Assembly: GCA_964407245.1 (NCBI GenBank)
Contig: CAYOUY010000170.1
Span: 380-64,379 of the forward strand
Origin: an uncultured Acidobacteriaceae bacterium
Lineage (GTDB): Bacteria; Acidobacteriota; Terriglobia; Terriglobales; Acidobacteriaceae
Reading direction: 5' to 3'
DNA: 64,000 nucleotides
The position numbers and the translations under genes were made by a program. This document shows, in pieces, positions 28,011 through 36,517 of this stretch; the stretch's first letter is position 1; each line of letters opens with the position of its first letter. The notes beneath the pieces are model-generated. The model had not been told where the DNA came from, ran no database searches, and worked only from the letters and a program-made list of their open reading frames with translations.

Positions 28011-28685
28011 CTACGACAAAAGGTGACCGCTCTTGCCGGGTTCGCCGTTGCACAGCTTGATGACGCTCGTGCGACTGGGAACTCCGGTTTTGCGCAGTAT
28101 GTGGTGTACGTGGTTCTTGACCGTCTGCTCCGAAAGGTTCAGCCGCATGGCGATTTCCTTGTTTGTGAGCCGTTCGCGCAAGAGTTCCACCATTTGCTCC
28201 TCCCGACGACTCAGCCCGAAGCCTGCTCCCCAAGAGGTTGTTACGGTCACAGGTGGCTGCTGCGCAATGCAACGGAACAGCGCCATGCCTAGAGAGGGGG
28301 GACATACCGCTTCGCCTGCTGCAACTGCCCGAATGGTAGCTGCGACTTCCAATGCCGAGGCGTCTTTTAAAACATAGCCGACGACTCCTGAGCGCACGGC
28401 CTTCAGAAATGTGTTTTCGTCGGGGTCCATGTCTATCATGACAACTCGCAGACCTCGAATCGCAGCCTGGAGAGATGAGATCAGAGTCGAGTTGGAGACG
28501 GTAAGTCCATTGGAGTCCAGCAGGATGATCTGGGGGTGGGCCGAGACGATGTCCTCGTAGGCAGTTGGCGTATAACCGCTCGCGCCGACGACACGGACCT
28601 CGTGCTTTTTGCCGAGAAGCCGAATGAGTGCTTCCCGAAGCAACCGGTTTTCTGCCAGGAGGAAAACTTCTGTTAACTTCAACAC
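28011..28685 (-). CDS. LuxR/NarL-family response regulator with atypical receiver domain
   Basis: C-terminal GerE HTH LSRREEQMVELLRERLTNKEIAMRLNLSEQTVKNHV. The receiver lacks the N-terminal acidic pair (LLAENR instead of DD). GTG start after GGTGGAG. Confidence 0.85.
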   Translation of the reverse strand: MLKLTEVFLLAENRLLREALIRLLGKKHEVRVVGASGYTPTAYEDIVSAHPQIILLDSNGLTVSNSTLISSLQAAIRGLRVVMIDMDPDENTFLKAVRSGVVGYVLKDASALEVAATIRAVAAGEAVCPPSLGMALFRCIAQQPPVTVTTSWGAGFGLSRREEQMVELLRERLTNKEIAMRLNLSEQTVKNHVHHILRKTGVPSRTSVIKLCNGEPGKSGHLLS

Positions 28686-29292
28686 ACTCCACCTATCAAT
28701 GCAGCCAGCTAAGCATTAGCGCGCCCCCTTCGCACCAATCGCTCGTTTTCCCTTAACCCCGGGATAGCCGAAGTACTCAACAACGAATAAACGAGAACTC
28801 AGGTTGGAAATGGCAATGATGAAGCTCGGTAAAACCTCCGTTTCTGATTTGAACGGGTTAAACCAACATTCTCGCGAAAAGTTGCGGGAAAAAATTTAGT
28901 GGAAATCTATCCCGCCTGTATCAAATTGAAACTCCCTCGCGGCACACAAGCTGCGCGGCCACCACATGAGTTACTTGCTGAGTCGCTTGTTACGGGTTGC
29001 GGGGCATACTAGCATGAGAGTCTGATGCAACACCAGCGCCGTAGTTTGGAAAAATTGAATGCCCTGCAGCAAGAGATTTGATCCAGCGTAGGTAAGCCCG
29101 CCCGACACCAGCCACTCAGTAGCCTGGTACCAAACCAGTACTAGCACGTGGTGCTTTGGTACTCGCGGGCATCGGCCGAACAGTACGAGATTGAGCAAGA
29201 GAGAACCCTGCACAGCCGGATCGGATTTGAACCTTGCCTGGCGCGCGATTCCGCCATATCGTACGCGAACATCCGCAAGCGGTAGGAGCACC

Positions 29293-29673
29293 ATGAAACG
29301 CGTCCGCGTCCTCGTCGCAAACAAACCTCGCTTGATGCGCGAACTCATAGTGTCAACGATTGCCGATCAGCCCGACATCGAGCTCGTCGGTGAAGTCGCG
29401 ACTGGAGAGGACCTTACTGAAGCGGTTGAACAGGCGCGGCCCGACGTTCTGATCCTCGCCATGGACGATCGTGACAAGTACAGGGTGCAGTGTGGATTCT
29501 TGCTGGGCCGCTATCCGAACATGCGAATTCTTGCCCTCGCTCCTGAGCAGAATCGAGCTCAGTTTTACTGGGCGGTCGTCGACATTCGAAGCAAGTCGCT
29601 GGAAAGTTCGGAAGCCGGAATTTTGAATGCCGTGCGGCAGAGGCCCCCTTTGGTGGGTTTGGCCCAAGTTTAG
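29293..29673 (+). CDS. stand-alone receiver-like (CheY-fold) protein, atypical
   Basis: MKRVRVLVANKPRLMRELI...PDVLILAMDD has the receiver-domain pattern without the DD pocket. GGAG RBS. Confidence 0.6.
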   Translation: MKRVRVLVANKPRLMRELIVSTIADQPDIELVGEVATGEDLTEAVEQARPDVLILAMDDRDKYRVQCGFLLGRYPNMRILALAPEQNRAQFYWAVVDIRSKSLESSEAGILNAVRQRPPLVGLAQV

Positions 29674-29784
29674 ACCGCCGGTGCCGCAAAGTCGCTCTAT
29701 GTAGTTGTAGTTAATGGGGTTAACTCACTCAGGCCCCTGTAAGTGAGGGGGCGAAGCTACGGCCAACCGGGTCAGGATCGCGGA

Positions 29785-30330
29785 ATGCTCTCATCAATCG
29801 AAGCCACGACTGAAACTCCGACAGCGATTCAGCCCTCGCAGACGGGAGCTTGGTACGCTCTCTACACCTGCCCGCGCCACGAGAAACGTGTGGCGGAGCA
29901 AATCAAGCGCCGAAGTTTTTCTTGTTTCCTGCCACTATACCGATCTGTGCGCCGATGGAAGGATCGCCGCAAAGAACTGGAGCTAGCGTTGTTTCCCGGT
30001 TATGTATTCGTTCACATGGTGCCGGAAAACCGACTACAGGTTCTGCAGGTTCCCGGCGCTGTCCGATTGGTTTCGTTCAATGGGCGTCCGGCGGCGCTGC
30101 CGGAGGAAGAGATTGAAGCACTGCGAAGCCGGTTGTCCGGCGCAGCCAGAGTCGAACCACACCCTTACTTACGCAAAGGATGCCGGGTACATGTGCGCAG
30201 CGGTCCCATGCAGGGACTGGAAGGCATCATCGTACGAAGGAAGGACTCCTGCCGTGTAGTTTTCTCCATTGATCTGATCATGCGCTCGGTGGCCGTCGAA
30301 GTAGACGAGTCCGACCTGGAAGCCGCCTAA
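29785..30330 (+). CDS. NusG-family specialised transcription antiterminator (UpxY/LoaP-like paralog)
   Basis: NGN domain WYALYTCPRHEKRVAEQI...LFPGYVFV and KOW motif GCRVHVRSGPMQGLEGIIV. It is the first gene of the polysaccharide operon. Confidence 0.85.
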   Translation: MLSSIEATTETPTAIQPSQTGAWYALYTCPRHEKRVAEQIKRRSFSCFLPLYRSVRRWKDRRKELELALFPGYVFVHMVPENRLQVLQVPGAVRLVSFNGRPAALPEEEIEALRSRLSGAARVEPHPYLRKGCRVHVRSGPMQGLEGIIVRRKDSCRVVFSIDLIMRSVAVEVDESDLEAA

Positions 30331-30358
30331 GCCAGAGTGGTCCCTTTGTGAGGTAGCC

Positions 30359-33300
30359 ATGTTATGTTTCCTTGCAGTCAGCTGCAAACGCATCGGTCCG
30401 GCCGCAGCCGTCCTGGTTCTTTGTCCATTCCTGTTCGCACAAAGCAGCGAACGAGTTCGTTCTCCGCAAAACGAATCTCAATCGCAAGCGAATCGTGCGC
30501 CTGAGTTGTCCGACCTCGCGAAAGAGAATCTGAGTCGCGTGGCCGCTTCATCGCCAGAAATAAAGGCAGTCCTGGTCAGGGACCCGGGGCTTCTCGTGGA
30601 GTTAAAGCGCTGGGTGGCGAAAGAAGCCACCGACAATGGGCAAGTTGTGCGAGACTCGAACCTTTCTGACCAGGCAATTTTCGATCGTCTCGATCAGGAC
30701 GTGGCATTTCGTTCCGTCGCTACCCGACTCTTGCAACGATACGGGTATCTGCTGCCGCAGCCCAATCCCGAATCAAGCTTCGCCAAAGAGGAAGACCTCG
30801 TTTTGAAGGAACGGGCACGGCGATTGGTGCAAATCGAGGCACAGGAAGACAGTGAGGCGTTGCAGCAGAAAAAGAACGAACAACAGCAAGGAGAACTGGC
30901 TCGCACCAGCGGTTGCAATTCAGAACAGGTAGACCAGGAAGACAACTGCGAGAGATCTCGCCCGCCAGCGCGCGGATCCAATCAGCAACTTCAGAATCAG
31001 GCGCCGGCCTACGAGGGGCCGGTTCCGAACACAAATCCGCAATACATACCCGAAATGCCCCCTTCGCTAATCACGCCTCGAGTGCTGACGACCGACCTTT
31101 CGAATGAAGGAACGAGCCAGAGTAGCCTGGCGTCTTCGGCGGGAATGCTCGAGATGGCCTCGGGTTCGTCACGGTTGGGCGGCGGCAGCACCGATTCTCT
31201 ATTCGGTTCTCAGGTTGGCTCTCAGGGGATGTCGCCCTCCGTTTTGAGCGACTTGCTCGCCGCACGAAGCAACAGTTCCGGCAATGACGTTCTGGCCACA
31301 CGCGAAGCTTCCGCAAGTAGCCTTAATTCCAGCAGATCCGTGCGATCAAACTGGAATCGGCCACGGTTCAGGGAACGCCAGGAAGACACGTCTCCGGTGA
31401 AGATGGTGCGCCCTGCGAATCCGTATGCTGACGTTCCTTCCCTATATGACATGTACATCCAAGCTTCCGCCAAGCAGCGCCCGGTGGAGCGCTTTGGACT
31501 CGATATATTCCGCAATAGCGACAATGACCTCGACGTGATCCCCATGGATCTGCCGGTCGGACCGGACTATGTCGTTGGAACGGGCGATAGTCTTTCGATC
31601 GATCTGTGGGGAAGCGTTTCTCAAAGACTGGTGCGACTGGTCGATCGTGAAGGCCGAATCGCTTTGCCCGAGACCAGTCCGCTTCTGGTAACCGGCAAGA
31701 GCCTTGCAGAGGTTCAGTTGGAAGTTCAGCATGCCCTGCGATCCGCATTTCGCGATGTATCCGCGGATGTCTCGGTTTCACGGCTGCGTACCGTTCGTGT
31801 CTACGTCGTGGGAGAAGTTGTGGCACCCGGGGCCTACGACATCAGCTCACTTTCGACTCCGCTCAATGCCCTGTTCGTCGCGGGAGGCGTCAAAGCACAG
31901 GGGTCGTTGCGCTCGCTGAAGCACTTCCGCGGTAAGCAGCTGATCGAGGAAGTGGACGCTTACGACCTGTTGCTGCACGGTATCCGCTCCGATCTGAAGC
32001 GACTGGAAAACGGAGACACTTTACTGGTCCCGCCTATCGGCCCGCAGGCCACTGTGGAAGGAATGGTGCGCCGCCCCGCGATTTACGAACTGCTGGATGA
32101 GCATTCGCTGGCCGAGGTCTTGGAACTTGGGGGCGGAATCTTGCCCACGGCAGCGCTTCGCCACATTGAGGTGCAGCGGCTTGAGGCCCATGAGAAGCGG
32201 ACCATGCTGACGCTGGATCTCACGCCTACCACCAATACTGATCAACTCAACAAGCAGTTGGAAGCGTTCAAGATACAAGACGGCGATCAGGTGCACATTT
32301 TCCCCATCGCCTCGTACAACGAGGACGCGATCTACCTTGAAGGGCACGTGCTGCGCCCGGGGCGCTATTCGTACAAGGAAGGCATGAAGGTGACGGACCT
32401 GATCTCGTCGTACAACGACTTACTGCCTGAACCTGCGCCGCACTATGCCGAGATCATCCGCCTGAACGCTCCGGATTTTCATCCCACAGTTGAGAGCTTC
32501 GATATTTCCTCCGCCTTGGCGAATCCAGCCACGGCGCCGGCTCTGAAGGCTCTGGACACAGTGCGAATCTTCAGCCGCTATGATTTCGAGCCGCCGCCAG
32601 ACGTGTGGGTAGGCGGTGAGGTGCACAAGCCGGGGTCCTACCGCACCTCGGGTCAGGCGCATCTGCGCGATGCCGTGTATCTGGCTGGCGGAATTACTCC
32701 GGATGCATCGCTGGATTCTGCTCAATTGTTCCGCACGCAGGCTGACGGGACGATGAAGATTCTGAGCGTTGATTTGCAGGAGGCCCTGGCTGGAAACCCC
32801 GTGGACAACATTGTCCTTCAGCCCCGCGATCGACTGTTGATTCATCGCACTCTGGCCAAAGTGGATGCTCCTACGGTTGACATCAAAGGCGAAGTCGCGA
32901 AGCCCGGGCGCTATCCACTAACCACCAATATGCGCGTCGATGACCTGGTTCGCGTCGCCGGCGGACTGAAGCGAAGCGCGTTTGCAGACAGCGCTGATCT
33001 GACGCGCTTTGCCGCCGGTAGCGGCTCCAATGAGCGACTCGAAGTGAAGCTTTCGGCTGCCCTTGCCGGAGATGTGAATGAGAACGTCCCGTTGCGCAAT
33101 GGCGACGTTCTCGCCATCCGGCAAATCCCCCAGTGGAATGATCTGGGATCGTCGGTCACAGTAAAGGGAGAAGTTCAGAACCCTGCCTCGTACGGGATTG
33201 AGCCGGGCGAGCGCCTGAGTTCGCTCCTGAAACGCTGCAATGGATTCACACCGGAAGCCTACCCCTACGGCGCCGTCCTGCTCCGTCAGGAAGTGCGGGA

Positions 33301-33907
33301 TCTGGAAATGAAGTCGCACCTGGAATTGGTCAATCGCCTCAAAACCGAGCAGGGCTACTTGAAAACGTTGCCGGAAGGCGACGGCGACCAAAAAGAAGCA
33401 AAGCTTACCGCCATCGCTCAGACCCAGACCGCGCTTGAGCAACTCGAGGCGACAGCGCCGGTGGGCCGAGTCGTGATTCACATTCCTCCGGATCTCAAAC
33501 ACTTGGCCAAGACGCCAGCCGATATACCTCTGCGCGACGGCGACGTTCTCATTATTCCCAAGAAGACGAACTACGTGGTGGTGAGCGGCGAGGTTTTCCA
33601 TCCCACGGCTGTCAGCTATATACCGGGCAGGAGTGCGAAGTGGTACTTGAGCCAGTCTGGCGGTTTGACGCAAATTGCAGATCGCAGCGCCATGTTTGTT
33701 GTGCGGGCGGATGGTTCTGTACTAGCGGCAAAGAACAATTCCGGACTCTGGGCCGGCGATCCGATGAACGCCGTTCTAAAGCCGGGGGATTCGATCGTTG
33801 TGCCCGAAAAGGCGCCGAAGGTTGCTCCTCGGAACTTCACGACACTGATCCAGGCCGCCCAGGTTGCGTCTTCTGTAGCCCTGACGGTCGCCTACATCCA
33901 TCCCTAA
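30359..33907 (+). CDS. polysaccharide export protein (Poly_export plus multiple SLBB domains) with a long low-complexity N-terminal extension
   Basis: Signal peptide. PVGPDYVVGTGDSLSIDLWG...VRVYVVGEV Wza-like core followed by repeated SLBB-like units (GDVLIIPKK, GDSIVVPEK). Confidence 0.88.
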   Translation: MLCFLAVSCKRIGPAAAVLVLCPFLFAQSSERVRSPQNESQSQANRAPELSDLAKENLSRVAASSPEIKAVLVRDPGLLVELKRWVAKEATDNGQVVRDSNLSDQAIFDRLDQDVAFRSVATRLLQRYGYLLPQPNPESSFAKEEDLVLKERARRLVQIEAQEDSEALQQKKNEQQQGELARTSGCNSEQVDQEDNCERSRPPARGSNQQLQNQAPAYEGPVPNTNPQYIPEMPPSLITPRVLTTDLSNEGTSQSSLASSAGMLEMASGSSRLGGGSTDSLFGSQVGSQGMSPSVLSDLLAARSNSSGNDVLATREASASSLNSSRSVRSNWNRPRFRERQEDTSPVKMVRPANPYADVPSLYDMYIQASAKQRPVERFGLDIFRNSDNDLDVIPMDLPVGPDYVVGTGDSLSIDLWGSVSQRLVRLVDREGRIALPETSPLLVTGKSLAEVQLEVQHALRSAFRDVSADVSVSRLRTVRVYVVGEVVAPGAYDISSLSTPLNALFVAGGVKAQGSLRSLKHFRGKQLIEEVDAYDLLLHGIRSDLKRLENGDTLLVPPIGPQATVEGMVRRPAIYELLDEHSLAEVLELGGGILPTAALRHIEVQRLEAHEKRTMLTLDLTPTTNTDQLNKQLEAFKIQDGDQVHIFPIASYNEDAIYLEGHVLRPGRYSYKEGMKVTDLISSYNDLLPEPAPHYAEIIRLNAPDFHPTVESFDISSALANPATAPALKALDTVRIFSRYDFEPPPDVWVGGEVHKPGSYRTSGQAHLRDAVYLAGGITPDASLDSAQLFRTQADGTMKILSVDLQEALAGNPVDNIVLQPRDRLLIHRTLAKVDAPTVDIKGEVAKPGRYPLTTNMRVDDLVRVAGGLKRSAFADSADLTRFAAGSGSNERLEVKLSAALAGDVNENVPLRNGDVLAIRQIPQWNDLGSSVTVKGEVQNPASYGIEPGERLSSLLKRCNGFTPEAYPYGAVLLRQEVRDLEMKSHLELVNRLKTEQGYLKTLPEGDGDQKEAKLTAIAQTQTALEQLEATAPVGRVVIHIPPDLKHLAKTPADIPLRDGDVLIIPKKTNYVVVSGEVFHPTAVSYIPGRSAKWYLSQSGGLTQIADRSAMFVVRADGSVLAAKNNSGLWAGDPMNAVLKPGDSIVVPEKAPKVAPRNFTTLIQAAQVASSVALTVAYIHP

Positions 33908-33932
33908 CGGCGGGATTGAACAATTGCCGAAA

Positions 33933-36467
33933 ATGCCGAAATTTATAGTAGTGCTTCTGGCGATGGGACTCACCATGCTGTGTGTGAATGCCTGGCCGCA
34001 AGATGCCATCGATCAGAAGTCGAGGGATCAGACATCCGTGGTCGCATCGGCGCCCGACCCTCCTCCCGTTTCCCAAACAGCTTTTGAAAGAAAATCCGAT
34101 CTTCCACAAGATACCGGTAATTCACGAAGTGGCTTCAGCGGGCACATCACGGATTTTCTCGACGACCAGAAACAAATTTGGACGAGCCCTTTTCGAGTTC
34201 GCACGCAGGATGCAACGTGGCTTGTACCTCTGGCCGGGATCACCGCCGGTCTGTTTGTAACCGACCGCCAATACAGCGCTTCTCTGCCGAAGAATCCAGC
34301 CAACTTGCATCACTACAGCACAATTTCCAATGCTGGCATCGCTAGCCTGATTGGCGCCAGCGCAGGCATGTATTTGTTCAGTTTCCCAACCCACAACGAG
34401 CACTGGCGAGAGACTGGATTTCTTGCCGGCGAAGCAGCCTTGAACAGCTTGCTGACAACCGAGGCGCTCAAATATTCATTTCAAAGGGAACGCCCGTATC
34501 AGGGCAACGGCAGCGGTTCGTTTTTTCAGGGAGGCGGTTCGTTCCCTTCGTTACATGCTGCTGTTGCTTATTCAATTGCCGGCGTAATTGCCCACGAATA
34601 TGACGGCCCGTTACCGAAGCTGTTCGCTTATGGGCTGGCATCTGCGGTCAGCTATTCAAAGGTTCACCAGCGCGACCACTTTCCCTCGGATGTTCTCGTG
34701 GGCAGCGTATTGGGGTATCTGATTTCCCAGAGCGTCTACACCCGGCGTCACGATCCCGAAATCGGCGGCGCAGCGTTTGAGTCGCCTCGCGACACTGTCG
34801 ACTCGGACAAAATGCGGACGTCTTCCTTTATGGGTTCGCCGTACGTTCCGCTCGATAGCTGGATCTACCCGGCACTCGAGCGGCTCGCGGCCTTGGGCTA
34901 CGTGAAGACGGCAGCGCTAGGCATGCGTCCATGGACTCGACTGGAGTGTGTTCGGCTGCTGGGTGAAGCGTCGGAAATGCTGCCCGACACCGACGAACCA
35001 GCAGAAGTACAGCACCTCTACAATGCTCTTACCGAAGAGTTCTCGCACGATGCCGAACTGGCCAGCGGGGAACGTAATCTTGGTGCTCAAGTTGAATCGG
35101 TCTACGTTCGGACTCTGGGAATTTCGGGAACGCCGCTTACCGATAACCAACACTTCGGCCAGACGATGCTGAACGATTACGGCCGACCCTATCAACAAGG
35201 GTTTAACGCGGTGGCGGGCGCTTCGACTTGGGCCACGAGCGGCCCATTTGTAATCTACGCGCGAGGGGAGTACCAGTCATCGCCGTCAGCTCCATCTCTC
35301 CCGCAATCGGTGCTCGATTTTATGGCACTCCGCGATGGGTCACCGCCCAACCCTCCTTTACTCCCAGTCGCCGCCATCAGTCGCTTTCAACCGCTGGATG
35401 TTTACGTCGGCATGAACGTGGCTAACTGGCAGTTCTCGTACGGCAGGCGGAGCTTGTGGTGGGGGCCCGGTGAAAGCGGAGCAATGTCCATCACAAACAA
35501 TGCCGCTCCGCTGAATAACATGTTCAGCGTGGATCGTGTCAGTCCTTTCAAATTGCCGTGGCTTTTTCAATATCTGGGCGATACTCGACTCCAGTTTTTT
35601 ATCGGACGCTTGTCGGGGCAAGACTTCCTGGCTCCCGAAATCGCCCCAGGCGTTAACGTTCCGCCCATGGGACAGTACGGGGTGCCTCTGCGCCCTCAAC
35701 CGTTTTTCAGTGGTGGAAAAGTCACCCTGAAAATGACTGAGAATCTGGAGTTAGGCTTTTCGAAAACCACAATTTGGGGAGGACCTGGAAGGCCGCTGAC
35801 GCTTAAGACTTTTTTCGAAAGCGAATTATCACTTCACGAATTGAACAAGAATCCTCCAGGAATCGCCGGAACTCCCCTGGGCTGGGGCGAAACGTTCGCG
35901 GATTTCTCCTATCGCGTTCCAAAGCTCCGTGATTGGCTCACTTTTTACGGGGAAGCATTCAGCAAAGACGAGGTCAGCCCCATCGCCTATATCAGAAAAT
36001 CGGTCGCCCAAGGAGGACTGTACTTCGCCAAGCTACCCAAAGTTCCGCGCCTGGATTTGAGGCTCGAAGGCGGATACACCAGCCCTGTGCAAGGCAGTTT
36101 TTGCACGTCCTGCTTTTATACCGATGCCGCATACCCCAGCGGATACACAAACGGCGGACGTTTGATGGGCGATTGGATTGGTCGCGCGGCACAAGGCGAA
36201 CTGATTCGCACAAACTACTGGCTAGGTCCGCGGAAGAAAATCGGCCTTGAACTCAGGCATCGAACGATTGACCGCCAGTATCTTCCGCAGGGCGGAAACC
36301 AAAATGACGCCGCGGTGAATGCGGACATCTTCACTGCGTCGCGTTTTCGCTTTACAGGCAACCTGCAATATGAGCGCTGGCAGATTCCCCTGTTAGCGAC
36401 AAACCGGCAAAGCAACGTGACCGCCTCGTTCGAGTTGGGGTTCTGGCCGACAGCACACTCGCATTGA
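33933..36467 (+). CDS. fusion protein: PAP2 acid phosphatase domain plus Wzi-like capsule assembly outer-membrane domain
   Basis: PAP2 motifs FQRERP, FPSLHA and SKVHQRDHFPSD. The rest, starting YVPLDSWIYPALERLAALGYV...MRPWTRLECVRLL, is Wzi-family-like and beta-rich to the end. Confidence 0.78.
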   Translation: MPKFIVVLLAMGLTMLCVNAWPQDAIDQKSRDQTSVVASAPDPPPVSQTAFERKSDLPQDTGNSRSGFSGHITDFLDDQKQIWTSPFRVRTQDATWLVPLAGITAGLFVTDRQYSASLPKNPANLHHYSTISNAGIASLIGASAGMYLFSFPTHNEHWRETGFLAGEAALNSLLTTEALKYSFQRERPYQGNGSGSFFQGGGSFPSLHAAVAYSIAGVIAHEYDGPLPKLFAYGLASAVSYSKVHQRDHFPSDVLVGSVLGYLISQSVYTRRHDPEIGGAAFESPRDTVDSDKMRTSSFMGSPYVPLDSWIYPALERLAALGYVKTAALGMRPWTRLECVRLLGEASEMLPDTDEPAEVQHLYNALTEEFSHDAELASGERNLGAQVESVYVRTLGISGTPLTDNQHFGQTMLNDYGRPYQQGFNAVAGASTWATSGPFVIYARGEYQSSPSAPSLPQSVLDFMALRDGSPPNPPLLPVAAISRFQPLDVYVGMNVANWQFSYGRRSLWWGPGESGAMSITNNAAPLNNMFSVDRVSPFKLPWLFQYLGDTRLQFFIGRLSGQDFLAPEIAPGVNVPPMGQYGVPLRPQPFFSGGKVTLKMTENLELGFSKTTIWGGPGRPLTLKTFFESELSLHELNKNPPGIAGTPLGWGETFADFSYRVPKLRDWLTFYGEAFSKDEVSPIAYIRKSVAQGGLYFAKLPKVPRLDLRLEGGYTSPVQGSFCTSCFYTDAAYPSGYTNGGRLMGDWIGRAAQGELIRTNYWLGPRKKIGLELRHRTIDRQYLPQGGNQNDAAVNADIFTASRFRFTGNLQYERWQIPLLATNRQSNVTASFELGFWPTAHSH

Positions 36468-36517
36468 AGAACTCATCTCTGCGAATCAGTTGAGCACACT
36501 TCGCGGAAAGGATTGAC

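Noticed and set aside
27985-28692. 235-aa minus-strand ORF overlapping the LuxR regulator in another frame
   Set aside because: The alternative frame 28011-28685 gives a clean receiver plus GerE HTH protein, while this frame gives Arg/Ser-rich nonsense.
29205-29245. GGATTTGAACC T-loop-like string, a possible further tRNA fragment
   Set aside because: The flanks do not form a T-stem or acceptor and do not match the tRNA-Pro repeats beyond the loop, so this is likely chance.
28971-29348. 125-aa minus-strand ORF in the regulator intergenic region
   Set aside because: It has no RBS, an odd composition, and its 5' end overlaps the start of the plus-strand receiver gene. It is probably non-coding.
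32918-33673. 251-aa minus-strand ORF
   Set aside because: It is antisense to the SLBB repeats of the export protein and has no motifs.
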